A stretch of 64,000 nt of DNA from a virus (IMGVR_UViG_3300042268_000478:42925-106924), one strand, 5' to 3'; shown: positions 38,141-47,336, counted from the first letter of the stretch. Program-made: numbers and translations. Notes: a model not told the origin generated them from the letters alone.

Positions 38141-38764
38141 ATGAGCAACCCGATGAAACAACCGACCCCAAGAGGGTACAATCCGTATGAACTGATGTCC
38201 GCTATGCAGAAGTTTGTTCGCCGCAGTATGGAGCGCGAAGCCCTGTTTTGCTTCTATGAGCTTGAAGCAGCCGGACTTTACTATGCAGCCGCATCCCGTC
38301 TCACAGTCATTGTTTACGAAGACTGCGGCATGGCGAACCCGGCCTTGCTTAACTCCATTCAGGGGCATATGGAGCAGATGGCTAAATGGTGGAAGGCTAA
38401 CAACGGCGCATGGCGGCTTGTGCTAGGCAACATTATCCTGCAAGCCTGTCGCGGCAAGAAGACCAGAATTGCCGACCACTTCGTTTGCTCCATGATGGGA
38501 GCTATGGTGAACGGCTACAAGGTTGACCTTGAGCAGTACAGCGAGTTCGTCTTTGATATGCATACTCGACAGGGCAAGCAAATGGGGCGCGGGCTAGACC
38601 ACTTCTTTGAGCACGGCATGACGATTATCGAAAGCACAGAAACCACTGATTATGCCAATGATGAAATGCGCGAACTTCTCAAGGCTGAAAAGATCAGTGA
38701 TGACATTTCCGAAGATTATAAAAAAGACCCGCGAAACCTCGCAAAACAAGGAGACCTTTTTTGA
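38141..38764 (+). CDS. MgsA/RarA C-terminal-like helical protein (no ATPase domain)
   Basis: SAMQKFVRRS…RL..IVYEDCG.ANP…DMHT..G..MGRG..HF. Confidence 0.7.
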   Translation: MSNPMKQPTPRGYNPYELMSAMQKFVRRSMEREALFCFYELEAAGLYYAAASRLTVIVYEDCGMANPALLNSIQGHMEQMAKWWKANNGAWRLVLGNIILQACRGKKTRIADHFVCSMMGAMVNGYKVDLEQYSEFVFDMHTRQGKQMGRGLDHFFEHGMTIIESTETTDYANDEMRELLKAEKISDDISEDYKKDPRNLAKQGDLF

Positions 38765-39441
38765 ACTCGAAAACTGTTCATATATCACAACCAAGGATTT
38801 ATCCGCATTTGTCTTATTTGGAGAAAATAGCAAGTGCGGATTTATTTGTCGTTCTGGATGATTTAATGCTTAAGCCGGAGCTTTTCGAGCGGCGCAATCG
38901 CTACTACTGCTTCAACGCCGGAGAACCGCGCTTTCTTACCATTCCTACCGAAAAAAAAAGGCAGCACCGGCATTTGAAAATCACCGACTTGGATTTTGCC
39001 AAGAAGCACCGGCGCATACTTAAAGACAACTACTGGAAACGCACAGCCCGCTTTGATGAAGACATTCTCAATGAAATTGTTTTCGACCCGGCTAATGAAT
39101 CCTTTCTCGAATACTACACCGAATCATTAGCCCGTACAATGAAGCTCCTTGGCTTTCACACTGAAATCGCTTTATCATCCCAAGTTGCCAGCCCAAACGT
39201 CAAAACAGAGCGCCTTAATGATATTCTACGCTATCATCAGGCAGATACCTACCTGTCGGGCGCATGTGGAGCCGAATACATGGGCGAAGACTGCTGTGTG
39301 CCGGTTGTCTTCCGTAGGCACGAGGAAGAAGTGAGCCGCTTCCACTCCAACAGCAATACTGACATGATGCTTATGTTTATCGACACACTTTTTGATAAAG
39401 GACTGGAATTCACAAAAGGACTGTTGCATAAAAATGATTGA
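38761..39441 (+). CDS. WbqC-family protein (putative glycyl/aminoacyl transferase)
   Basis: ISQP…PHLSYLEKIASADLFVVLDD…RNR…LTIP…YLSG..G..Y; TTG start with AAGGAG SD. Confidence 0.8.
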   Translation: MNSKTVHISQPRIYPHLSYLEKIASADLFVVLDDLMLKPELFERRNRYYCFNAGEPRFLTIPTEKKRQHRHLKITDLDFAKKHRRILKDNYWKRTARFDEDILNEIVFDPANESFLEYYTESLARTMKLLGFHTEIALSSQVASPNVKTERLNDILRYHQADTYLSGACGAEYMGEDCCVPVVFRRHEEEVSRFHSNSNTDMMLMFIDTLFDKGLEFTKGLLHKND

Positions 39442-40057
39442 TACTTTGATTATAGCTGCTCACGACGACGATGAGGCCTTGATGGCTGGTGGATACATTG
39501 CGAAGTATGCCAGCCAAAAGGAAATCGTTGTATGTGTTGTTATCGGCTGCACCGATGACCAGAAAGCAGCTTCCGCAAAAAACGCAGAAGCATTCGGCTA
39601 CACGATTGAGCCCATTTATGAAAAGCAATTCGCAACCCCGCTTCACGTCCTTGCGGCAAAGATTAATCAGGTCATTTTAAAGCACCGTCCTCAGACCATT
39701 ATCACACACACTTATTTCGATACCCATCAGGAACACAAGCTGGTTCACGATGCCGTTGAGATTGCCACGCGGGCTATTGATATGAGAGAGGCAGGGGGTG
39801 GGCACTTTGTCCCGAATATTTTACTTGGGCTCGGCACCGGCTTGTATGAAAACTCTATAACTTTAACCAGACCGCAGTGCTTTGTCGGGCTCTCCCGGAA
39901 AGAAGTCAATCGTAAGGTGGATATGATGAATCGCTACGGTCTTGAAATGAAGGGAATCAGAAGCAGGATCGGTGCTATCACCGATGCTAGGTTTTGGGGC
40001 AAGATGAACGGGACGCAATTCGCCGAGGCGTTTATTGCTAAAAGGATAGCCGTGTAG
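39434..40057 (+). CDS. PIG-L/LmbE-family N-acetylhexosamine deacetylase
   Basis: AHDDDE…GG, ITH…DTHQEH, AEAF. Confidence 0.85.
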   Translation: MIDTLIIAAHDDDEALMAGGYIAKYASQKEIVVCVVIGCTDDQKAASAKNAEAFGYTIEPIYEKQFATPLHVLAAKINQVILKHRPQTIITHTYFDTHQEHKLVHDAVEIATRAIDMREAGGGHFVPNILLGLGTGLYENSITLTRPQCFVGLSRKEVNRKVDMMNRYGLEMKGIRSRIGAITDARFWGKMNGTQFAEAFIAKRIAV

Positions 40058-40086
40058 CCCGGCATAATAAGGTTATTATTAATTAT

Positions 40087-40112
40087 ATATATTATATAAA
40101 TATATTATATAA
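40087..40112 (+). repeat. Tandem 13-bp repeat ATATATTATATAA upstream of terS
   Basis: Two exact adjacent copies. Confidence 0.55.
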
Positions 40113-40130
40113 GAGAGGATATTATTTATA

Positions 40131-40502
40131 ATGAGCAAATCTGACGAAAAAAAGCCAGAGGAAAAAAATCCAGGCGGTAGACCCAAAAAAGAAATCAACT
40201 ATGATACCGTTGAAAAGCTCGCACGGATTATGTGCACTCAGGAAGAGATTGCTGCCGTTCTTGACATAAGCGTGAGGACATTACAGAGAGATGAGGAGTT
40301 TTGTCGCATATATAAAAAGGGACAGGAACTTGGCAAGGCAAGCCTTCGCCGCTCTCAATATAATCTTGCCATGAGCGGCAATGCCACGATGCTGGTCTGG
40401 CTTGGCAAACAACTCCTTGACCAATCGGACAAACAAACCCACGAAGTTGACGTTACTCAGCCCATTGTGCTAAAAGTAGACGAAGATGACGCAAAAGCCT
40501 AA
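40131..40502 (+). CDS. terS: Terminase small subunit
   Basis: GGRPKK…CTQEEIAAVLDISVRTL…SLRR.Q…MLVWLGKQ. Confidence 0.85.
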   Translation: MSKSDEKKPEEKNPGGRPKKEINYDTVEKLARIMCTQEEIAAVLDISVRTLQRDEEFCRIYKKGQELGKASLRRSQYNLAMSGNATMLVWLGKQLLDQSDKQTHEVDVTQPIVLKVDEDDAKA

Positions 40503-41757
40503 ATTCAAAAAGACCCAAGACCAGATTCAGGCGGTAAAACTCATGATTGGCAGTGCGGTGCATGTGCTACTGTTCGGCGGCTCCCGCTCTGGCAAAACAT
40601 TTATTATTATCCGGCAGATTCTTTTAAGGGCGATAAAAGCCCCCGGCTCCAGACACTGTATCCTGCGCAAAACCCAAACTGATATTAGAAAAAGTATCTG
40701 GCTTGATACCTTGCCAAAAGTGCTTGAATTGTGCTTTCCCGGCGTTCCGATCAAGAAGAACGAAGCGTATCTGAGGATTATCCTGCCGAACAAGTCCGAA
40801 ATATGGCTCGGGGGCTTGGATAAAACAGATAAAATCCTCGGTAACGAGTACGCCACGATGTACTTTAATGAAATCTCTGAAATCTCATACGAGCAGGTTG
40901 AAACGGCACATTCCCGACTTGCCCAAAAGTGCCCGGAACTCGTGAACAAGTTCTTCTACGACTGCAACCCGCCGAGCAAGTCACACTGGAGCTATAAGGT
41001 TTTCAATCAGAAAGTGAATCCGGTGGAGAACACGCCTCTCCCAAGACCGGAGCTCTATACTTATATGCGCCTGAACCCAGACGGCAACAAGGAAAACCTT
41101 GCAGACGGATACATTGAAACAACCCTTGAGGGTATGTCCGAACGCAAAAAGAAACGTTTCCTGCGTGGCGAATGGGCAGACGACAACGAAAATGCTCTCT
41201 GGAAACGTGATAGCATGATTAATCCGTTCAGGGTAAAAAGCCTGCCTCCAGATTTGGAACGTATCGTGGTAGCTGTAGACCCTGCCGTCACGAGCAAGGA
41301 AACTTCCGACCATACCGGCATTGTGATAGCTGGCTCCAAGCGTTTCAACGGCGAAAAGCATTACTATGTGCTAGATGATCGCTCCCTGATAGGCACTCCG
41401 AAAGAATGGGCAAGCACAACGGTAAACGCCTATCGTGAATATTTTGCTGATCGTGTCGTTGCTGAGGTGAATCAAGGTGGTGATCTGGTTGAAGCCACGT
41501 TAAGGAACATTGATAAGAGTATCAGTTACCGTGGTGTCCGTGCTTCAAGAGGAAAAATCCTGCGAGCGGAGCCGATTGCTGAACTTTACGAACGTGGTTT
41601 AGTTCACCATGTCGGCTCGTTTCCGCTGCTGGAAGATGAAATGTGCTCGTATTGTGGTTTCGATAACGAGCAGTCCCCCGACAGGCTTGACGCTCTGGTT
41701 TGGGCTCTCACAGAACTCTCGCACCGTGCCGGAGGCTTTAGGGCTATACTGGCTTAA
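40486..41757 (+). CDS. terL: Terminase large subunit
   Basis: GGSRSGKT, YFNE, DCNP, VAVDPA, DRLDALVWA. Confidence 0.95.
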   Translation: MTQKPKFKKTQDQIQAVKLMIGSAVHVLLFGGSRSGKTFIIIRQILLRAIKAPGSRHCILRKTQTDIRKSIWLDTLPKVLELCFPGVPIKKNEAYLRIILPNKSEIWLGGLDKTDKILGNEYATMYFNEISEISYEQVETAHSRLAQKCPELVNKFFYDCNPPSKSHWSYKVFNQKVNPVENTPLPRPELYTYMRLNPDGNKENLADGYIETTLEGMSERKKKRFLRGEWADDNENALWKRDSMINPFRVKSLPPDLERIVVAVDPAVTSKETSDHTGIVIAGSKRFNGEKHYYVLDDRSLIGTPKEWASTTVNAYREYFADRVVAEVNQGGDLVEATLRNIDKSISYRGVRASRGKILRAEPIAELYERGLVHHVGSFPLLEDEMCSYCGFDNEQSPDRLDALVWALTELSHRAGGFRAILA

Positions 41758-42140
41758 TATTGACTTGGAAATATAACTTGCTGATATATTTCATATTGCC
41801 TCAGCCATTCCATCTCTTTAGGACTAAAGTCTAAATCATCATAATTTTCAATAGCAATGGATTCGCATTTTGATATAATACGTTCCAAGTCATGAACCAT
41901 TTTTTTATATTTTATTTGAGTTTCAACCTGTTCGAACTTATCACCGTCGAGCATACAATTAATGTTTGCCATTAAAGACTTAGCATCAACATAAATCTCT
42001 TCCACATCATCAAAATGATCTACAATGCTAATAGCTGCATCTACATTTTCTTTTGCGCGACGCAATTCAGACGCTTTTGCTACTATCTGATTGTATTCTT
42101 GTATGTATTTCTTGTATTTTCCCTGATTTACTCTTGGCAT
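41754..42140 (-). CDS. Hypothetical protein (moron)
   Basis: AT-rich, GAGGA SD, downstream of the AbiTii gene. Confidence 0.6.
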   Translation of the reverse strand: MPRVNQGKYKKYIQEYNQIVAKASELRRAKENVDAAISIVDHFDDVEEIYVDAKSLMANINCMLDGDKFEQVETQIKYKKMVHDLERIISKCESIAIENYDDLDFSPKEMEWLRQYEIYQQVIFPSQY

Positions 42141-42180
42141 TTTTATATCCTCTAGGTTATTTTGAGTATATTATTCTAAA

Positions 42181-43074
42181 TTATGAAGGAATACCATAAT
42201 AAAAAGAGATTGCTTTTGTAAGTAATGCCCCTGCAGTGTCAATTCCGATATTCCAAATGCCGGAAGCAGATTTACCAACCATTTCCCCAATCCATCTGCC
42301 AACTTTCGAGCCGAAATGCTCAGTACTTACTGGTTTTGGGTCTTCCTCAATACACTGCTTCAGATTTGCAATATCGTCGTTGGAAATACCATTTGATTTC
42401 AGATAATTTGATAACGATTCAAAGTTATTCTTCTTGATATCCATAGTCAAATTCTGATTGACAGTACTGTTTTTTATATCTCCGAGATTACCTTGAAAAT
42501 TCCCGCCAATATTAATATTAGTAGTCATATGTGTTGCTAGCTCTTTTTCTTCTTGCGAAAACGACATTCCTTCTCCAGTTATTCCTTGCTCTTCTAATTC
42601 TAGAGACCAATTTAAAATTTTATTTCGTACAGTGCTAACAATGCACATCAGTACATTCGGAGCCACTGAAAACCGAACTTTCATTGGATATGTTTGCTGG
42701 CTAATCAAATATTTTTCCATTTCTGCAGGAAATGTCATTTGTAAACAACCATCTTTATATTTTGATAACTCATCAAGATTCTCAATGGGATCGTGAACTT
42801 TTCTTATTTTGAAAATATTTGCAGACTCTTCATCTTCAAAAAAAAATGGAATCCAACCATTATATGGGTTAAAGGCTTCGACTTGTCCGTGAACAGTACG
42901 ATATTCTGGAATAAGCGATATATCGCTATATCCATTAAGCTCATTGTTTATCCATTCTCGATAAGAATCAATTTTAAGTTTACGAGAAATAACAAGAGCT
43001 TTTTTTAGTAAGTTCCCAGCCGTGACATTATTATCAAGTGCATCCCGTTGTAATTCTGAAACTAGACCTTCCAT
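42181..43074 (-). CDS. AbiTii-domain protein (putative anti-phage)
   Basis: ELQRDAL…LLKKALVISRKL…WINNELNGY…PEYR.V.G…NPYNGWIP; start at 43074 after GGAG. Confidence 0.8.
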   Translation of the reverse strand: MEGLVSELQRDALDNNVTAGNLLKKALVISRKLKIDSYREWINNELNGYSDISLIPEYRTVHGQVEAFNPYNGWIPFFFEDEESANIFKIRKVHDPIENLDELSKYKDGCLQMTFPAEMEKYLISQQTYPMKVRFSVAPNVLMCIVSTVRNKILNWSLELEEQGITGEGMSFSQEEKELATHMTTNINIGGNFQGNLGDIKNSTVNQNLTMDIKKNNFESLSNYLKSNGISNDDIANLKQCIEEDPKPVSTEHFGSKVGRWIGEMVGKSASGIWNIGIDTAGALLTKAISFYYGIPS

Positions 43075-43164
43075 GCAACTCTCCAATGTTCGTTTATTAT
43101 TGGTTAAGCTATCACTAACGTTTATTGTTATCAACTCAAAATGAAGCGGGAAGTATAAATTTTT

Positions 43165-43212
43165 AAATAATTTACTAAATTAACTTGACAACGGTAAATA
43201 TAAAAGTAGGTT
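43165..43212 (+). promoter_or_regulatory. Early-type promoter with operator box
   Basis: 23-bp identity with 27243-27265; TTGACA-16-TAGGTT. Confidence 0.65.
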
Positions 43213-43270
43213 CTAATTATAAACTAAATTTACTAACACCAAGTAAACAAAAAACACAAGGAGCTGTAAG

Positions 43271-43648
43271 ATGAGTACAAAGAGTGAAAAAATTGAAGTC
43301 GTAGCAAAACAAATCAAGAGAGCGGAGTTTCGCTTGAATGAAATAAGTGAATGGGCAGCGGAAAATTTTGGAAATGCCATTAATGCCTATGCAAGTTCCT
43401 ATTTTGAATTACAAAGGTACTTAAAGCATCTCAAAAGCTTGCATTCAGTCCTGGATACAGAAGTTGAAGAACCAAACACAAATGAAATTCTAACTGGCAT
43501 GATTGACAGTGAAATATCTTACATAACTTCCGAAATATTCAGCGTGAGAACCGATCCATGCGGTCAACTTGAATCAAAAGGATACGTTCAGTTGGTTCGC
43601 AAAGGCGGCACTCTCGAAACCTTAAAAGACCTTTTAGAACTCAATTAA
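43271..43648 (+). CDS. Hypothetical protein
   Basis: AAGGAG SD. Confidence 0.65.
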   Translation: MSTKSEKIEVVAKQIKRAEFRLNEISEWAAENFGNAINAYASSYFELQRYLKHLKSLHSVLDTEVEEPNTNEILTGMIDSEISYITSEIFSVRTDPCGQLESKGYVQLVRKGGTLETLKDLLELN

Positions 43649-43679
43649 TCATAAAAACCACAACAGAAAGGGAACCAAG

Positions 43680-43973
43680 ATGGAACACCGGCACGAAGTA
43701 GCATTCAAAATCGACAAAAGCACAATCTTAGGCGAAGACTTCAAAGCCACCGTACGTGAAATGGTGCGCATGACGACAATCAACGATTTTATGAGCAAGC
43801 GGCATGGCAAAAAAGTAGAAATGCAGTACACCCCAACGGTTAACTTCCTCTATGATATCGCAAGAGAAGCAATACACGACCAGATAGGTGACGTTCTGGC
43901 AGAAATGGAAGAAGAAGACCCTGTCGAAATCTACAAATCAATGGTCGCAGAATTCGAAAACAAACCACAATAA
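43680..43973 (+). CDS. Hypothetical protein
   Basis: ORF preceded by AACCACA leader. Confidence 0.6.
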   Translation: MEHRHEVAFKIDKSTILGEDFKATVREMVRMTTINDFMSKRHGKKVEMQYTPTVNFLYDIAREAIHDQIGDVLAEMEEEDPVEIYKSMVAEFENKPQ

Positions 43974-44019
43974 CCCAAATAACCACAATTCAAATCCACA
44001 GAAACAAGGAGTATTCCAA

Positions 44020-44445
44020 ATGTCTACTAGATCAACTATTGCAATCCATGAGAATGATAAAATCAGAGCAATCTATTGCCACTTTGACGGCTATCTTCAT
44101 GGGGTCGGCTCAACTCTTCATAATCATTATAACACCGAAGAGAAAGTAAAAGAACTCATAGAGCTTGGAGACCTGAGCTCTCTTTCTGAAAATGTAAAAC
44201 CCCGAGAAGGCACACCCCACTCATTCGACAAGCCACAAAAGGGCGTAACAGTTGCTTATATGAGAGATCGCGGAGAGAGCGAAGTAGAACCAAATGAATA
44301 CTCTAGCCGAGAAGAATTGTTTGAAGCAGCAAATAGCTGTTATGGAGCCGAATTTGTTTATCTCTTTGAGAACGGGGAGTGGATTTATAGACAGGTTTAC
44401 GACGAACAGGAAGAAGGCTGGCAAGTTGTCGCAGAAGAACTTTAA
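44020..44445 (+). CDS. Conserved phage protein (MSTRS…IYCHxDGY family)
   Basis: MSTRSTI…IYCHFDGY..GVG..L..HY…LGDLSSL…YLF..GEW. Confidence 0.75.
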   Translation: MSTRSTIAIHENDKIRAIYCHFDGYLHGVGSTLHNHYNTEEKVKELIELGDLSSLSENVKPREGTPHSFDKPQKGVTVAYMRDRGESEVEPNEYSSREELFEAANSCYGAEFVYLFENGEWIYRQVYDEQEEGWQVVAEEL

Positions 44446-44489
44446 GTAAAAAAAATAACCACACAATAGCCACAAAAGGAGCAACCACA

Positions 44490-44852
44490 ATGACCACAAT
44501 CAAAGGACTGCTGATTGACCCCGCAAAAAGGACGATCAACGAAGTAGAACTAGAAGAGAAAAATGACAGCTACCTGAGCGACATGCGCCGTCTTTTGGGC
44601 TGCAGCACTGTTGATGTAGCTAGAGAACAAATTGCCGGAATCAACCTTGATATATGGGTTGATGACGAAGGGGCTTTCAAGAGCCCTGAGTATTTCTTCC
44701 ATCTTCCAAATTATCCAGAATGGCTGTGCGGAAAAGGCTTGGTGCTAGGCAATGACGACTTGGGCAACTGCATTTCCCACGGTCTGACCCAGGAGCAAAT
44801 CGAAGCCTTCGCCCAAAGCGTAAAGCTCGGAACCAGAAGAAAGGATATATGA
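44490..44852 (+). CDS. DUF3846-like protein
   Basis: LLIDP…IWVDDEG…G.GLVLG. Confidence 0.7.
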   Translation: MTTIKGLLIDPAKRTINEVELEEKNDSYLSDMRRLLGCSTVDVAREQIAGINLDIWVDDEGAFKSPEYFFHLPNYPEWLCGKGLVLGNDDLGNCISHGLTQEQIEAFAQSVKLGTRRKDI

Positions 44853-45304
44853 TCATGAATTTGAATGATATGAACGAAAAGCAGTTAAGACAATACAAGA
44901 CTCCTGTCGTTGAAAGCATAGAGGAGCTTGCAACAATAATTAATTCGCTTGCGAACAGAAAACACGATTATGGAACCTGTGTCTATGCCATGAGCATTGC
45001 TGCACATGCTACATTCAGGTATATCGCAAATCATCTTGGCGTAACTGGTTTTCAGGCAAGCTGTGCAGACCTTGATTTTCTTCGCAGAACGAGAAATATA
45101 GATGCTTTCAAAATCGTTGACTACAGCAAGGTTCTATACCCGCAGTATCATGATGAAATCAATAACATCTGCGTTGATAAAATCATTGCTGAAAATAAAG
45201 ATTATTTTCGTGCAGAATGCAAGAGACTCCTGAAAAACCCAGAACATGCGTCTGCAAACGTGATCGCCAACTGGAAAGCAGTACTAAAAAAATGCGGAGA
45301 CTGA
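44849..45304 (+). CDS. Hypothetical phage protein
   Basis: HDYGTCVYA…GVTGFQASC…LYPQY pattern. Confidence 0.65.
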   Translation: MIMNLNDMNEKQLRQYKTPVVESIEELATIINSLANRKHDYGTCVYAMSIAAHATFRYIANHLGVTGFQASCADLDFLRRTRNIDAFKIVDYSKVLYPQYHDEINNICVDKIIAENKDYFRAECKRLLKNPEHASANVIANWKAVLKKCGD

Positions 45305-45307
45305 AAG

Positions 45308-45517
45308 ATGCAAACCAAAACCTTAGCAGAACTTAGAGCTGAATTTGAAAAAATGGCTATTGAAAAAATGTATATGCTTGGAAGAGAAGTATGCGGTGTA
45401 TATGACTCTCCTGTAACACAACAGTTCTGGTGTGGCTATTGGCAATGCGCTAAGAAATACGGAGTAATTGTTGGAAAAGATGCAAACGTGCAAAATATGA
45501 ATAAATGGGAGGAATAA
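45308..45517 (+). CDS. Hypothetical protein
   Basis: ORF in operon. Confidence 0.55.
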   Translation: MQTKTLAELRAEFEKMAIEKMYMLGREVCGVYDSPVTQQFWCGYWQCAKKYGVIVGKDANVQNMNKWEE

Positions 45518-45798
45518 CCATGCCTATCTGTAACCGCAACCATTCCCCTATAGTCCACAACAAAATGATCTGTCCACTTTGCAGGGCTATCAACGATTGC
45601 CTAGAGGCTAACAAACAGATAATTGCTATTGCCGTTGAAGCTGTCCACTGGAGACGGGAATTTAAAGATGCTTGCCCAGATGTTGGATGGGGAGAGTCCT
45701 TGGAAACGTCAATTGATAAAGTCACAGAAGCAGCAGGAGCTTTCATTGACACAAATAAGCTCGTTGAAGCGTATAAACTTAAATACGGGAAAAGATGA
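45505..45798 (+). CDS. Hypothetical protein
   Basis: ORF in operon; the internal ATG at 45520 has a GGAGG SD. Confidence 0.55.
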   Translation: MGGITMPICNRNHSPIVHNKMICPLCRAINDCLEANKQIIAIAVEAVHWRREFKDACPDVGWGESLETSIDKVTEAAGAFIDTNKLVEAYKLKYGKR

Positions 45799-46217
45799 TC
45801 ATGATATACAAAGGGACACGAGGAAAGCCAGTCAAAACGCTTGAGCACTTGCAGGAGCTTGCTGAAAACCGCAAGTCGATTATTATAAACCATTGGGTCA
45901 AATCGAGCGTCCTTCCAGCCAAGTCTATTCTCTATCGCCAGTGTGCGGATGTCATAAGCCTTTTAAAGAGCGATAGGTTGTTTGAATACATCAAGCCTAC
46001 TCCACACCCCAAACAGAAAACAACGAGGTTGTACGGGCGTAAAAAGGGCAAAAAAGAAGACCCCCGTATCGAACTCAGCCAGCAGGACATAAAAGACATG
46101 CTACAATTGCTTAATGACATCCCGAACAGTTCCCCCGGCCACAACGATTATCGGTTCAAGAACACATATGCGATCTGCTCTTTTTTGAGAGGAAAGCTTA
46201 GAGAGCTGGAGGGCTAG
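45795..46217 (+). CDS. Hypothetical protein
   Basis: ORF in operon. Confidence 0.55.
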   Translation: MIMIYKGTRGKPVKTLEHLQELAENRKSIIINHWVKSSVLPAKSILYRQCADVISLLKSDRLFEYIKPTPHPKQKTTRLYGRKKGKKEDPRIELSQQDIKDMLQLLNDIPNSSPGHNDYRFKNTYAICSFLRGKLRELEG

Positions 46218-46221
46218 CACA

Positions 46222-46491
46222 ATGCTTTGCAACGTTTGCGGCGAGGACAAGCCAAAGAGCAAGTTCTACAAGCACTATCACAAGTGCAAAACCGGCACCT
46301 GCATCCTGTGTTTTCGGGAAAAGCAAAACAAGACTTACAATAGAGCCAGTACTCCCCCTATGTCTCATGAAGACATACGTGACTGGAACAGGCAGCACCC
46401 GTTCGACAAGGCAATACTCCGAGGCATGGTCTACAGCCTCAGAAACATGCGTATGAATTCCCCTGAAGGTAGAGCATCTAAGTTATTTTGA
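46222..46491 (+). CDS. Zn-finger protein
   Basis: CNVCGEDKPKSKFY…CILC. Confidence 0.6.
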   Translation: MLCNVCGEDKPKSKFYKHYHKCKTGTCILCFREKQNKTYNRASTPPMSHEDIRDWNRQHPFDKAILRGMVYSLRNMRMNSPEGRASKLF

Positions 46492-46525
46492 ATTTCAGGA
46501 TATAGTTGGAAACACCAATTTAATA

Positions 46526-46554
46526 TTGAAATTTTGCTCCTGCTTAATTATATT
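46526..46554 (+). promoter_or_regulatory. Sigma70-like moron promoter
   Basis: TTGAAA-17-TATATT. Confidence 0.55.
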
Positions 46555-46582
46555 AACGCAAATATAAAGCAGGAGTTTTATT

Positions 46583-47269
46583 ATGTCTAAAGAGAAACCA
46601 AAAGATGTACGTGAAGATATGGGCGTACCTCATTATTGTGAAGAATTCGACAAAGAATTAAACTACAAACTTTGGTCTACAGCAGGCGCTAGATATAATG
46701 CTAGCAAAAGGTTAGAAAAAAAAGCGCGCTGGTCTTGTTGGGCAATAAATTTTTGCTCTGGTTATGTTATACTATTTTCTATATTCAGTGTTTTATTTTC
46801 AAAATATATGTTCGTCCACAATACCGAAATTGTAAATTTGATAATAATCTTTTTTAGCATTACGCTGTCTCTTTTTATTATAATTTTCAGTTTGGCTGAA
46901 TCGAATTCACGCTATGACCTTAGAGCATCAAGACATCATTCATGTGCTCTTGAAGTAGCTAGTTTATACAAAAGATTACGTTATCTAAAAAGTTGCTACA
47001 AAAATAAAACCAAAGATGATTCTTTCCTGGATAAAGCATATCAGATATCTCTCGAATATGATAAAATTCTTGCTCAACATGAAAACCACGAAGAAATTGA
47101 TTTTTTTAAATTCAAACTACAAAAGCCTGATTACGTTAGTCATAAAATGTCATGGTGTGAGAAAAAATCAATCAGATGGATTACATACCCTAAAGAGTTT
47201 ATTGTGTATTGGCTTGTGATAGTAGTTCCACTTGTTTTATTCTCAATCATGTGTTACGTATTGAGTTAA
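46583..47269 (+). CDS. SLATT-domain 2TM effector (SLATT_5-like)
   Basis: W.T.GARYNAS.RL, two TM helices, A..HH.CA.E, Y..IL…ENH..IDF. Confidence 0.8.
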   Translation: MSKEKPKDVREDMGVPHYCEEFDKELNYKLWSTAGARYNASKRLEKKARWSCWAINFCSGYVILFSIFSVLFSKYMFVHNTEIVNLIIIFFSITLSLFIIIFSLAESNSRYDLRASRHHSCALEVASLYKRLRYLKSCYKNKTKDDSFLDKAYQISLEYDKILAQHENHEEIDFFKFKLQKPDYVSHKMSWCEKKSIRWITYPKEFIVYWLVIVVPLVLFSIMCYVLS

Positions 47270-47295
47270 TCCTAAACTTCGAAATTAAACATATA

Positions 47296-47336
47296 TTGAC
47301 AAACTCCGCACGTGTAAAAAACAGCGGAGTTTTTTT
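47296..47336 (+). promoter_or_regulatory. Late-gene cassette (TTGACA-N12-GTAAA + SD-occluding hairpin + T-run)
   Basis: AAACTCCGC…GCGGAGTTT stem immediately before the portal ATG. Confidence 0.65.

Noticed and set aside
38755-38764. Frameshift fusion of the MgsA_C-like and WbqC genes at CTTTTTTGA
   Set aside because: A well-spaced AAGGAG before TTG at 38761 explains independent, coupled initiation
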